Source: Octopus vulgaris (taxonomy: Eukaryota). From it: 64,000 bases of DNA. The first letter of the stretch is position 1, and each line of letters opens with the position of its first letter. Under the pieces are notes generated by a model. That model was not told the origin of the DNA, made no database searches, and saw nothing but the letters and a program-made list of their open reading frames with translations. Below are positions 1-12,445 of this stretch, in pieces. The stretch is from assembly GCA_951406725.2 (NCBI GenBank), contig OX597815.1, positions 107,818,001-107,882,000 of the forward strand, read 5' to 3'. Made by a program: the position numbers and the translations under genes.

Positions 1-653
1 CTCAGAAGAAACAGAGTACAGCTTTTATGAGTAAAGTTAGTGTCAGTGAAAAGGCTCTTGAAGCAAGTTATTTGGTAGCAGAAATTATTACACAGAAAAG
101 GAAAAGTCACACAGTTGGTGAGAACTCAATATTACCAGCCTGTAAAGTTATAGTCAGTAAAATGCTTGAGCAAAATGCACAGCAAGAAATTGAAAATGTT
201 CCACTTTCAGATAGTACAATAAGTTGATACATTGATGATAGGGTGCATGACATTGAAGAGGTTTGCATGACAAATTGAAAAATAGCAGTTTTCCTATTCA
301 GGTTGATGAATCAACAGATCTTACCAATAATTGCCATTAGCTTTTATACGATTTGTCAATGAAGGTGAAATTCAAGAAAATTTCCTATGCTGCAAAGAAC
401 TGCCTGAGACAAGCAAAGGATTAGATGTATTCAACATTTTGTCCTCATAACTGGAAACAAGAGGTCTCTCCTGGATGGACTGTGTTTTCAACCTCTTGCA
501 TGTGTGAGCATGCTTTTCTTATTTAACAAGTATCAAGAGCAAAGACAGAAATCATCTCCTTTCTATTGAAAATGAGATCTGTGTGTATTTATCTAAAGTT
601 TGACCTTGAATTAAATATTTACATAGCAAAAGACAGACACAGGTTTCACATTA
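1..653 (+). pseudogene. Buster/SCAND3/FAM200-like hAT transposase remnant
   Basis: EKALEASYLVAEII..KSHTVGE..ILPACK..VPLSDSTIS, then IQVDESTD..FIRFVNEGEIQENFLCCKEL. The sequence jumps at about 487 to the C-terminal CEHAFS..IKSKDRNHL..Q.SH*. Stops and frameshifts throughout. Confidence 0.85.
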
Positions 654-1051
654 GAGAAGCATATTTCACTATATCAAATGGCTTTGAAAGTATTATTTCC
701 TTGTATAATTCATTGATTCACAATACATTTTTCCTTGATTTATCTTCTGTCTTTTCAACATTGGCAGTAAAAAATAAATAAATAATAAATTGATAATACA
801 CAATTATCTGTTTTCATTCCGTTTACATTCATGTATCATAGGTATATGATACTGGTTACTTATACTTATTTTTAACATTTAAGTTTAGATTATTTTGTGT
901 ATGAATGACAACTCCATGATGAGGAATCATAAATGAGCAGTATGAATCTTATCTAGCATTACCAATAAATTTAACAAAGAAGTATTATTTTTTTCTTAAA
1001 CCAGTTATCAGTATATATATATATATATATATACATATGTATATATACATA

Positions 1052-1342
1052 GGCACGTAAAAGCACCATCCGCTTGTGTCCGTTGCCAGCCTCGTAAAAG
1101 CACCATCCATTCGTGTCCGTTTGCCAGCTCTGTCTGGCACCTGTGCAGGTGGCACGTAAAAAGCACCCACTACACTCACAGAGTGGTTGGCGTTAGGAAG
1201 GGCATCCAGCCGTAGAAACACTGCCAAATCTGACTGGGCCTGATGAAGCCTTCCGGCTTCACAGACCCCAGTTAAACCGTCCAACCCATGCTAGCATGGA
1301 AAACGGACGCTAAATGATGATGATGATGATGATGATGATGAT
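1052..1342 (+). mobile_element. RTE LINE 3' end (UTR units + tail) nested in the hAT element
   Basis: ggcacgtaaaagcacc units, gttggcgttaggaagggcatccagc, ccatgctagcatgg stem-loop and (GAT)n tail. The same UTR is contiguous with the RTE ORF end at 41860-42315 and 42757-43612. Confidence 0.8.
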
Positions 1343-1499
1343 ATATGATATTTACCATGGGAACTATGATGAAAAATATGAGAAAGATATATAAATTTTT
1401 TTTTTGTGCAGGAGTTCCTTGAGATATGTAAAAAGTTTGAGAAGCACTGAATTAGAATAATGTCTGTGTATTTTTTAATATATTTTATTAAATTCTTAT

Positions 1500-2600
1500 T
1501 GTTTGCAGTGCATTAGGAGTGCTGTTCATGTCACTGGTCTGGATTACTATGTGTTTTTGTTTGTTGAGGTGTTTGTAACATTGGTGCTATTTTTATTGTT
1601 GGAAATGTTTGTAATTGAATTGGTGTAGGGTGCATGGGTGTGTGATGGTTTGTTGGTTTCTGTGTCACCTGCTCTAATCTCTTTATTTTTAGACTTGTAC
1701 TGCACTTTTCATTTTGTAATTATTTTTCCTTTTTCTTTCACCAGGATCCATTCTGGGGTGGGGGTTTAGGACTAGCTGGGTTTTGCAGTCAGAAACTTCT
1801 GTGGCAATGGGAAGAAGTATGTCTGTACAGTCACACATTTTTTAGCTGGTGGTCTGGTTGTGACTGTGTAAATGATGTTATTGTTTTCTTTGGGTGTAGT
1901 ACTGGTGCTTAATGTTGATGTTATTGAATGAATCTTTCCTGCTGCTCTTTCTGTTGATACTGCTGTTGTTTTGGATGCTGCTGCTTTTTGCACTGATGCT
2001 GTTACTGTTGTTGTTGTTGGTGCTGCTGCTGTTGCTTTAGATGCAGTTGTTGTTGTTGTGTTAGCAGTGTCTGTAGCAGAAGGGTTTTCCCTTTTGTTTG
2101 CATGAGACAGAAATGATTTGTTCACCATAAGTGTTGCATTTTGGCTTTCTGCTCTCTACTGATACAAGTAGGAAGGTTGATCAGGTCAGGGATGAATTTG
2201 ATACTGAGCAGATGGGTGTGAATCCATAGTTCCATGCCCATGCCTGACCATTTCTTTTTTTCCATTTTCTGAACTTGCAGAATTTTTGTTTTGTACTCTA
2301 TACTGTCTGCCATGAGCAAAGAGATGTTCACTTCTGATGGCACTTCTGCTGCCTTTATTTTGAGAACCCTCCGACTGCAGTATGTTATAATTAACCATAA
2401 TTCCTCATGTTTGAAGGTTGTTGCATTTCTTTCGGCAAATTCTTCAGTTGAGAATCTTACCTCAACTGTGCCTAAGCATCTTCCATGGGAGACATAAATT
2501 TTAAGCCCCAGACGAGTTTCAGGCTATTTTTGATCTAAGCCTGTGTTGCTTGCCCCGGTCCCCTTGTCTTTAACAAAATACATTTATATATAGTTTTTTT
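1500..2600 (-). pseudogene. Degenerate LINE ORF1/gag-like remnant with decayed zinc knuckle and Thr/Ala-rich tail
   Basis: Minus-strand GRCLGTVEVRFSTEE..YCSRRVLKIKAAEVPSEV..KCNTYGEQ/H across frameshifts, followed by the low-complexity ORF 1772-2128. Confidence 0.5.
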
Positions 2601-3289
2601 TTTTAGTGTCTTCCTGCACTTCCTCTGGTGTGTTAAGGGAGACTGTTCTGCCATTATTTGTTCAGTGTGGTTTGGCTTCACTCAATATTTTTTCTGTCTA
2701 TTCAACCTCTATTCTCTGACAAGCTTGAGCAAAACCATTCCCATTCTGCTTAGAAATAAGAATGGCTCCTGTTGTCATTTCATTAATGTTTGTGTTAGAG
2801 GTGGTAACGGTAATGGTGGCAGTAGTGGTAGTGGAGGTGGTAATGGTGGTGGTATTGGGGACGGTGGTGGAGTTCATGCTTGTGTCATTCTTAAATATAT
2901 CATGGTTGTTGATGCTGTATCTATTGCCCTTGCTGCTGCTGTTGTTGTTGATGTTGCTGCTGCTATCTGTGCTTCATTTCTTGACCACATCAACTCGTGG
3001 AAGGTAAACAATGTCAGAATGGCTGTTCCAACAACTATCGCTTCCCACGATTTGGGAAGCCATGTTTATATTTTTTGTTTAGAAATATTAAATTTTCAGT
3101 TTTAAATGCCAAGATTCGCCCTTGAAGGACAAATTCTCATCAAGCCAGGTCACCTCACTTGCAGTGAGCTGGGTTATTTAGTTAACAGTTCAACAAAATT
3201 TGGAATACCAATTAATAAAACAACAAACAATTTTAAAGAAAATTTATGAGCCATGAACAAGTGTCCTCTGGCTCCAGAGACAAAGAATA

Positions 3290-3700
3290 ATAATGGAAAC
3301 CTGACATTTGTGGTGAAGAGAAAATAAAAAACATGCTTGATAATTGACATAGCATGTCCTGGTGATAACAGGATTGAAGAGAAAGAAGAAAAAGTGAACA
3401 ACTATGACGATTTGAAGTGGGAAATAAGCAGACTGTGGGTAATGAAGAGTGTGGACATGAAACCAATAGTAATTGGCATGCTTGGAGGTATCAGCATTCA
3501 ACTACCAGCATAGCTTAAAAAGATTGGTACAAATGCAAAGATAGAACACCAACAAAAATCTTCATTGCTTGGAACTGCAAGAATTCTCTGCAGGATTCTT
3601 GAAGCATGATCAGTGAACAAGTGTCACCCTTGTCTGCTGGCTGTGAACAGCTGACAGTTTCCATCATACCCAGAAAAATAAGCTGAGAGTTTTCATCAAA
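3290..3700 (+). mobile_element. R4/Dong-clade non-LTR retrotransposon 3' fragment (restriction-like endonuclease)
   Basis: KPDI..CLIIDIACPGDNRIEEKEEK..YDDLKWEISRLW..PIVIGMLG..LLGTARIL (PD-D/E-K endonuclease). Short AAT repeats at both ends. Confidence 0.8.
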
Positions 3701-3727
3701 TAATAATTATTATTATAAGAAGAAGAA

Positions 3728-3925
3728 TCCTTTCTACTATAGGCACAAGGCCAGAAATTTTTGTGGGAAGGGACTTGTCCATCTTATTGACTCCAGTATT
3801 AAACTGGTAATTATTTTACTTACCTCAAATGAATGAAAATCAAAATTTATCTCAAAGAAATTTGTATTGTGAACGTAAAAATTCAGAAGACATACTGCTA
3901 AGAATTTTGTCCAACTTACAAACAG
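3728..3925 (-). mobile_element. SINE family B (core gactttgcctttcatcc..gataaattaagtaccag), degenerate
   Basis: Reverse-complement match to the copies at 10490-10860, 21418-21637 and 24310-24473. Confidence 0.65.
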
Positions 3926-4812
3926 TTAATAATTATAAGGAAATTGAAGCGTTATGGAAAGCAAAAATTAACATGTAAGAAAGATGTAAAATTTATAATG
4001 GTAAAGCAAATTAAATGAGGGTAAAAATCCTTGAGCTAATGTAAAATAATGAAGAGATGAATTTTAATTAGAATTTAAAATTTAAATATATCAGTCTAAT
4101 GTTAAAGGAATAAAATGTGAGAAAATCCTTTTGTTTTCACTACACTATAGATATCATAGAGAATGACCGCTGTTTAGTGCATAATTAATTAGTTAGTATA
4201 TGTGTATGGATGTGTGTGTCTGTGTATATTTAAGGATATATATGATGTAGGTATGACATAAGAGTAATTATATATTTATTAATGTAATTGTATTATAAGT
4301 GCATATACATATGTTGATGCATGTGTTACTTAATTTTAAGTACATGAGAATTAGTGAAGTAAAATAATGATATAGATTTTGATTATGTAGATATTTATTT
4401 GGTTACTGTGACCAGCAAATGCTGAGAATCAATAAATATGTTGTTAAGACTACATATAGTGCCTCCAGTGCTGCAGACTTAAATTGCATCAAATAGAAAT
4501 TATCTTTAACTAAATAATAAAGGAAGAAAGGAAAAGAGAATAAAAGTAAGTATTGAAATCTAAGAAACAGAAGCAACAGAATCAAGACAAATAAGATAAA
4601 TTAGCCATACAACAATGGAAAAAATGTACTTTATAACACAAAATACATATATAAAAGTATTTTTTGCCATATGATTAATGGACCAATAAAATAATAGAGA
4701 TCATAAGTGCCTACATATGTGTGTGTGTATTTATATATGTATGCATGCATGCATGTATGTATCTATATATATGTGTGTGTAAGTATGTGTGTATATATAT
4801 GTATATACATAC

Positions 4813-4853
<41 letters not shown>

Positions 4854-4882
4854 ATTTTCTCTTTGCTTATTTCCTCGTGTTC

Positions 4883-4918
4883 CTTTCTGCTGAAGAGCAC
4901 AGGCTTGAAACATAAAAG
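4883..4918 (+). ncRNA. Variant/degenerate minimal hammerhead-like motif in a (TA)n-flanked cassette (about 4855-5010)
   Basis: cttt-CTGCTGA-a-gagc(acag)gctt-GAAAC-ATA-aaag. Stem I cttt/aaag and a stem II are present, but the core is non-canonical. Confidence 0.4.
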
Positions 4919-5507
4919 ACTTTCTCACTTTCCCAAGCATCAAACTAATACACCTGCTTGTTGTTTATACACCTGTCTTCATCTATAGTTTTCTTGTAAA
5001 TTTCAACTATATATACATAGGGGAAAAGTAAAAAGAAGCAAAGAAAATGCACACGAAGTATAAAAGTAATGGCTTTTTTTAATAAAAACGAAGATATATA
5101 CATATAAATAAATTATTTGAGATGGAATTAAGAATTATAAAAATCATTGTGAATCAATATAGAAAATCATACTGGTTTTGTCATCGCTGTTCAGGTCTGC
5201 CAATCTACGTTGACAAATAGATTTTATTCTGTTGTACTGTTACTACTTACTTCTAACTCAGAGATTTAAAACTAATGGTTTTCCTTTTTACAAGATCAGT
5301 GACTGTGTCACTTTAAAAGCATATACCTCAAACAAGGCCTAGTGCTGCCATCTCTAGCCAACAGTTATCTTGTGCCAATGAAGAGAAACAACTGTGAAAC
5401 CATGGTCTGCAGGTACCATTTAAAGTTGAGCAGGGGTATTAGCTCCCTTGTAAGTGGGCTGGTTACACCCCTGGCATAAGCCACAAGGTTATGGTATCAT
5501 TTGGCTT

Positions 5508-5560
<53 letters not shown>

Positions 5561-5573
5561 CATATATATATAT

Positions 5574-6020
5574 ACAATTCATAAATGAGGGCAAAGGAAA
5601 AAAAATTCTAATACCAAATATGCCGAAAAATTGGACATATTGTCCATTAACCATATAACTTACTTCTTCCATGGGTGCGAGTAAGTATCTCATTTATTTC
5701 TTTTACCACATGTATCACTGACGAAGGGAGGGCTCTTAGTAGCTAACTCTGAAATCGGTCCGATATGGTAATAATGGAATTTTTTAGAAATTTCTGTTGA
5801 CCTTTTTTTCGAGTAGCGTGCGTATTGTGAAAAAATTATATGGTTAATGGACAATATGTCCAATTTTTCGGCATATTTGGCATTAGAATTTTCTTCCTTT
5901 GCCCTCATTTATGAATTGTTTATAAATTTGACCATTAAAGGTATTTTTTAATATGCTGGCCATTGATAAAATTTTTTCGAGAAAATATTTTTTTCGAAAA
6001 GTATTTTATCCTCACATTTG
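5574..6020 (+). mobile_element. Penelope-like pLTR-type cassette with an inverted partial copy, inserted in (TA)n
   Basis: About 85-bp inverted arms at 5574-5658 and 5836-5919 enclose a hammerhead motif. (TA)n on both sides. Confidence 0.65.
5713..5770 (+). ncRNA. Type I hammerhead ribozyme motif
   Basis: Stem I tatca/tggta; core CTGACGA 5718-5724; imperfect stem II agggagggct/agctaactct; GAAA 5751-5754; stem III atcgg-t-ccgat; AUA site, predicted cut after 5765. Confidence 0.7.
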
Positions 6021-6178
6021 ATATATATATATATAGATAGATAGATAGATACACACACACACATACATCAATCCTTACATACATATGTACACATGCATAG
6101 AAATATATACACATAGAAACAGAAAAGCCAAGGGATAGAGAGAAAGAGAAATTTGATTTACCTGAATAATTTGGCATG

Positions 6179-6211
<33 letters not shown>

Positions 6212-6271
6212 ACACACAGATAAACACACACACACACACACTCACACACACACAGATACACACACACACAG

Positions 6272-6304
<33 letters not shown>

Positions 6305-6306
<2 letters not shown>

Positions 6307-6590
6307 GGGCTTATAGGCAAAAGCATAGTTAGGAAGTTTGCTTTCAAACTACATGGTACTATATTCAGTCCCACTGTGTGGCCTTTTGATCAAGTGTTGA
6401 GTATGTGTATGCTTTTGTTTTCTTGTCTGGAAGGTTTGTTATTCATTTCCAACGTTCTGCAAAACATGTCTGGCCTTGAAGAAGCAAGTGAGGGTTGGTA
6501 TCAGGAAGGGCATCCAGCTGTAAAATATCTGCCTCAATAAATTCCATCCAACCTATGTTAGGATGGAAAAATGGACATTGAAAAATGATA
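6305..6590 (+). mobile_element. SINE with family-A head and RTE-like tail
   Basis: Head gttcagtcccactg..caagtgt. Tail ggttggtatcaggaagggcatccagc..ggacattgaaaatgat resembles the RTE 3' end. Confidence 0.55.
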
Positions 6591-6629
6591 TATATATATA
6601 TATATATATACTGTATATCATCCATACAT

Positions 6630-6908
6630 ACAGACTTGTTCTTTACAGGTGCTGGTACCATATAAAATACACTTGTGCTGGTACTGCATAAATGCACTCA
6701 TGCCAGTGGAATGTAAAATGCACACAGCATGCTCTGTAGAGTGGTTGACATTAGGAAGAGCATCTAGCCATAGAAAACATACCACAACAGACAACTGGAG
6801 TCTGGACAGCATGCCTAGCTGGCCATTTCCATGTCAAACCATCCAACCCATATCAGCATGGAAAACAGATGTTAAATGCTGTTGCTGCTGCTGCTGTTGG
6901 TGATGATA
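6630..6908 (+). mobile_element. RTE 3' UTR/tail copy
   Basis: gagtggttgacattaggaagagcatctagc..ccaacccatatcagcatggaaaacagatgttaaa. Confidence 0.7.
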
Positions 6909-7688
6909 TATATATATAAAGTTATAAATGACCAGAGAAATAATATGGTGAAATTTCTTTAACTATATGAAAATTCAAATATCATGACAAATTGTTTTGG
7001 TACTTAAAGCCTGTAAAGATAATTTATCTCATTGTATTTAATTAATAAATAAATTACTTACATGTCTGGAATAATACAAAAAAATTCTTTAAAATAATGC
7101 AGAAATTAAGCTACATTCTCTTGTATCACATTATATATTCAGTATATTTTGTAGAAGAATGATACATTAAGGAGCTTTTTATTTATGAATACTTCTGAAT
7201 TACTGGAAGCCATATATTTACATCATCATCATCACCACCACCACCACCGTTTTGTTCAGTTATGATAACTGTTTGTTCAGTTATGATAAAAACAATTTTA
7301 CATTAAATATGATGGGTTACTCTATACTTTTGTAGAGTACAAATTTATCATTCATTTTACAGGGCATCATCGCCAGTGCTTCTTGCATGGCACCAGCACT
7401 GACAAGGCGTGTTAATTTATGCTTTGTATAATGATTCTGCAATATTTTTACTGGTGAATCGACACGGAAATAATTGTAGTGTTATGCAATAAAGCATGTT
7501 GCTATGTTGCTCAATCCATTTTATGTTATTCATATTTCAGTATAAACTCTATGTATATTATGGAATTACAGATGTATATTCATTGATATGATTGATCTCA
7601 CTCTATGATAGCATTAGTTAGCCAACACCTGCAGACAAGCTTTTTACAGCAAACTTCAAAATTCATACCCATATTGAATTCACACACA

Positions 7689-7729
<41 letters not shown>

Positions 7730-8204
7730 ACACACACATACAAACACACACACGCACACACATACAAACACACACACACACATAAGTACATTTTTCCTCT
7801 AAGTATTACTTTGCACAATTTATCTTAATTTTGTCACCAATTTGAATTTGTCCTATGTATATATACTGCTCTGCATAATAAAGTTTTCGTCCTCTACTCA
7901 TATCTCATCTATATTTATTGTTCAGTTTACAGACCTTATTTCCTTCTGTCACTATCCTTACCTCAATTTTTTTTTTCCTATAGTTGTTCATTTATTGTGT
8001 TTGCTCATCTATATCCCAACAGCTTATGTTGCTGTCACTGCCAAATTGAATAGTATTGTCATAAGGTATTGAAAATCTAATAGTATTTGGTCAACAGCTG
8101 ATGAGAGACAGAGAGGGTGTTTGTGTTCATTTGTATGTTTTCTCTATTTTTTCCATGAAAATGTTTTTTGGTCACCTTTTTCCATATGCATATATACATA
8201 TAGC

Positions 8205-8530
8205 AAAGCTGGTGTGGCTTAGCGGGTTGGGTATTTGGTTTTAGATTGTAATGTTATGAGTTCAATTCCTAGCGATGCATTGTGTTCTTGAGCAAGACAC
8301 TTTATTTCATGTTGCTCCAGTCAACTCAGCTGACAAAAATGAGTAGTACCTGTATTTCAGAGGACCAGCCTTGTCACACTCTGTGTCATGCTGAATTTCC
8401 CTGAGAACTACATTAAGGGTACATGCATTTATGGAGTGTTCAGCCAGTTGCATGTTAATTTATCAAGCAGGCTGTTCTATTGATCAAATCAACTGGAACT
8501 CTTGTTGTCATAACCAATGGGGTGCCAAAG
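8205..8530 (+). mobile_element. SINE family C (tRNA-like head, ttgagcaagacactttatttca core)
   Basis: Box-B-like gagttcaattcc. Core shared with 57308-57635, 44118-44420, 61590-61870 and 62280-62530. Confidence 0.7.
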
Positions 8531-8544
8531 ATATGCACATATCA

Positions 8545-9120
8545 TCATCATCATGATCATCTTCATCATTTAACAACATTTTCCATGCTGGTATGGGTTT
8601 GACAGAAGGGTTTCCCAGGCTCCAGTTGTCTGTTTTGGCTTCTACTACTGGATGCCAATCCTAATACCAACCACTTTACAGAGGGTACTGGATGCATATT
8701 ACATGGCACCAGCATGGGGACTATTATGTGGAACTGGCATGAGTGCATTTTATGTGGCACCAGCACAAGCACTCTATATGGAGGGAGGCTAGCTGGCAAG
8801 AGTGTTCGTTATATGGTGCGAGTATGAGTGCTTTTGCACAGTGCCAGCACGAGCACTTTCTATGTGGTACTGTGAACCCACAAAACAAAAACATCTGGGC
8901 TGAGAGAAGGAGTGTCATAAAGGACCTTCTTGTATGTATAGATGGCCACAGTTTCACGTAGCTTGACATCTCTTCTCAAGCACACCAAATCACCAGATGT
9001 CTTGGTCCAGTGTCATCTCCTCAGTGAGGCCCAACTTCTGAACATCCTCTCACCCCTTATCCCACAGCTTCTTGGGTCTACCCCTTCCACAGGTTCCCTT
9101 CACAATTAGAGATCAGCACA
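8545..9120 (-). mobile_element. 5'-truncated RTE LINE (ORF end + UTR units + tail)
   Basis: (ATC)n tail, UTR units, and ttgggtctaccccttccacaggttccc, which reads GTCGRGRP on the minus strand. Confidence 0.75.
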
Positions 9121-9142
9121 TATATGAATATGTATACATACA

Positions 9143-9196
<54 letters not shown>

Positions 9197-9430
9197 GCTA
9201 CATAAAAAGTGCTTGTACTGGCACTCTACAAAATGCACTCAGATCCCAATGGCTGAAGACTAGCCACACTCTTGAAACTCAGAGTGCCAAGAAATCTGAA
9301 TTGAACTGTTTCGATCTCTCTCCCTCTATACACACACACACACACACACATACATACATATATATGTATACATATATGTATGCATATATGTATGTGTAAT
9401 GTATGCATGCATATATGTGTGCTTAATGTA

Positions 9431-10271
9431 TGAGATGGTATCAAAAAGTTCTTGGACTAGTTCTGTAGCATGCCAACAAATGGCGGCATCTGGTTGTATG
9501 CACAGTGAGAGCTAGCTGTGACCTTCATGAAACAGTGTGCCAAGTAATATCGTTGTGTTTACTTGAAAAGTTGTGAAATCTGTGTTTTTGTGAGCATATG
9601 TATGCCATAGTCTGTGATTTTTGTCATGGACAGGAAGTTAGAAGAAACGGCCAATGTGAAATTTTGCATAAAAGTTGGGAAGTTTGCCACAGAGTCAGTG
9701 AGCATGCTTTGACAAGTTAACAGCAATGAAGCAATGGGTCATATGCAATGTTTCAAGTGGCATGGGTGCTTCAAAAGCAGAACATCCTTGGAAGACGACG
9801 AGTGATCTGGAAGACCTGCCATGAGTGTCAATCCTAGAAATGTGGAAAAAATTCATCAGCTTGTGCATGAGGATCATCAAAGGCAACTAACAATGTTTTA
9901 GGGCAATTAAGAGAGGACATTCAGCGAAAGTGACCATAGCTGTGATGCGTCACCAAGCTCTCCTAACTCGTGAGTTTCTCACCAAAAACAACATGGTATC
10001 ACTTCCTCAACCACCTTATTCGCCAGATATAGCACCTGCAGACTTCCATCTCTTCTCCAAGATGAAAATGCATCTCAAAAGTTGCATTTTAACACCGTTG
10101 TTGAGATCAAGAGTGAACTGAGAAGGTCCTTCACTCACTTATGAGATTCCAAAAGTGGCAGGGATGCTGGAACTGGTGAATTGCTGCACAAGGTGAATAT
10201 TTCAAAGGAGATGATGTTAAGTTGTTCTTTATTAAACATAACTAGTTCGGGAACCTTTTGATACAACCTCA
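9431..10271 (+). mobile_element. Mariner (Tc1/mariner) transposon, internally deleted
   Basis: About 32-bp imperfect TIRs (9431-9462 and 10240-10271) with TA on both sides. Remnants NVKFCIKVGK..CFKWHGCFK..LEDDE*SGRP and REFLTKNNMVSLPQPPYSPDIAPADFHLF (YSPDLAP motif). Confidence 0.9.
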
Positions 10272-10489
10272 TATGTAAAAGTAATAGAGACAAAAGAGAG
10301 CTTAGTTCTATTTGCTATCCACATTCTACCTCTTGTCACTTTTATGGAAATATATGCTATGGTTGAAGATGCTTACCTAAGGTGCTTTGCAATAGAATCA
10401 AACATGCAATCACAAGTGCATGTTTGACTTTATATGCAAGGTGAACTTATCACATAGCCATGCTTGCAGTAATATTGCTGTTTCTTCAT

Positions 10490-10860
10490 CTGCCGTTATG
10501 TTCTGTGTTCAAATTCTGCCGAGGTCGACTTTGCCTTTCCTCCTTTTGGGGGTCGATTAAATAAGTACCAGTTATGCACTGGGGTCAATGTAATCGACTT
10601 AATACCTTTGTCTGCCCTTGTTTGTCCCTTCTATGTTTAGCTGTCCTGGGCAATAAAGAAATAAATATTTCTTTCATCTGTCTTTACATTCTGAGTTCAA
10701 ATTCCGCCGAGGTTGGCATTGCCTTTCATCTTTTTGGGGGTCGATAAATTAAGTACCAGTTGCATACTGGAGTTGATCTAATTGACTGCTCTCCCACCAA
10801 AAAAAAAAAAACAAAAAAAACTTACAGGCCTTGTGCCTAGAGTAGAAAAGAAAAGAATAT
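10490..10860 (+). mobile_element. Two tandem SINE family B copies
   Basis: Twice gttcaaattc(t/c)gccgaggt..gcctttc..ggggtcgat..aagtaccag. Confidence 0.8.
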
Positions 10861-11869
10861 CGCTCTGTTTCTGAAGAAAGATATGTTTCAGGATTGGATA
10901 GTCATTACACATAATCCAACTTGTGTACTTGTTTAACAGACCATTATTTAGCAGCTTTTAAAAAATTTGTTCAAGTACTTATAATGTTTAATATATTCTC
11001 TTATTCCTTATTTTAGTGAAAGTCTATTTCTGATATTTTGATTCTTTTTCTGAAACAAACAAATGGAATGCTTCTTAACATATTTTTCAGTTTGTCTGGT
11101 GGTTGAAGAGTCTGAGTGTGAGCTTTTGATAATTTAATACGTATAATGCCATCTGTAAATATTTATGAAGTTATATATAAATAAGACTTACGCAATAAAT
11201 ATGATGCTCTGTAGATAGCTGTGAAACATGAGCAGTTAAGAAAATGTGCTGCAGCCCTCATAAAAGTACATATTGAATATCATACAGAATCTATTTGTGA
11301 GAGCATTTATTGTCATTGCTTAAGCTTTAGGTTAGCCTTGATCAATCAAACCCTTGATCAAGCAAACTCTTGATCAAAAGACCTTCCTGCTATGACTACA
11401 TGAAGATAAAATACATGTATATCCAGGAACATGTAACTAAATCTATCCTTCATGTTTTAAAAATGATAGAATGTTAATTATGTGAGATTTAACTGATATT
11501 CTACAACCCCTTTCCATACAGTTCTATATTTAAGAGATGAGGAATTATGTACATTATTTACATTATTTACATTATTTACATTATTTTCATTTGTCAAATG
11601 TAAATAATGTAAACCCCTTTTCATTTCATTACATAACAACAAAATCCTCCAGCACAATACAAAGAAAACCAACCAAAGTGAAGAACTGCAATTGTTGAAA
11701 CACTTAATCATCTCACTGGTTCAGTCACTATACACTGTATAACTAGTGCATGAGTGACTGTACAGAGTACCACTAAAATAGAAAGCATATCAAAGAGGAG
11801 ACTATACCAACACATAAGCTCTCTTAAACATAGTTGCAGAGAAAATATTAAATCATATACATCTAAATC

Positions 11870-12181
11870 ATGTGGTTGAAATTAGGAAAGGCATTCAGCT
11901 ATAGAGACCATGCCAAAATAGAACGCTAAGCTTGGTGTAATTTTCTCACTAGCCTATTCCTGTCAAACTATTCAACCCATGCCAGCATCATGATGGTGAT
12001 GATGATGATGAGAAGCATGGCACGTAAAAGCACCCACTACACTCTCAGAGTGGTTGGGATTAGGAAGGGCATCCAGCTGTAGAAATTTTGCCAGATCAGA
12101 TTGGAGTCTGGTTCGCCAGACCTCAGTCAAATTGTCCAACGCACGCTAGCATGGAAAGTGAACGTTAAATGATGATGATGA
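11870..12181 (+). mobile_element. Two tandem RTE 3' tails
   Basis: Each has aggaa(a/g)ggcat..caacccatgc/cacgctagcatgg and a (GAT)n tail. Confidence 0.7.
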
Positions 12182-12314
12182 TATATATATATATATATAT
12201 ATAAGCACCTACATATGTATGCATTTATATGTACATATGTACGTACATATACATATATACATACATGCAAATATATGTATACATATACATATATATACAT
12301 ATATATACATATAC

Positions 12315-12407
<93 letters not shown>

Positions 12408-12445
12408 TCTATATATGCATATTTATGTGTGTGTGTGTGTGTGTA
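12180..12445. repeat. Compound (TA)n/(TACA)n/(TG)n microsatellite; one of more than 25 such tracts in the window
   Basis: Directly visible; the source of the spurious IYIYIY ORFs. Confidence 0.95.

Larger units (their letters stand above)
1..1449 (+). mobile_element. hAT (Buster/Charlie-type) DNA transposon, internally deleted; left end lies outside the window
   Basis: Right TIR agtttgagaagcactg (reverse complement CAGTGCTTCTCAAACT) ends at 1449 and is followed by aatTAgaa, matching the Buster nnnTAnnn target pattern. Transposase remnants lie at 1-653. Confidence 0.8.

Noticed and set aside
5440-5510. Possible twister/HDV ribozyme in the RTE-associated segment (also 43300-43360)
   Set aside because: I could not fit the conserved cores; it is an RTE UTR fragment.
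7350-7420. Possible + strand exon after ttttacag
   Set aside because: The sequence resembles a decayed RTE UTR unit (gtgct..catggcaccagcac), and the donor is weak.
8205-8275. tRNA-like sequences (also 21420-21510 and 57315-57380)
   Set aside because: SINE heads with A/B boxes, not complete cloverleafs.
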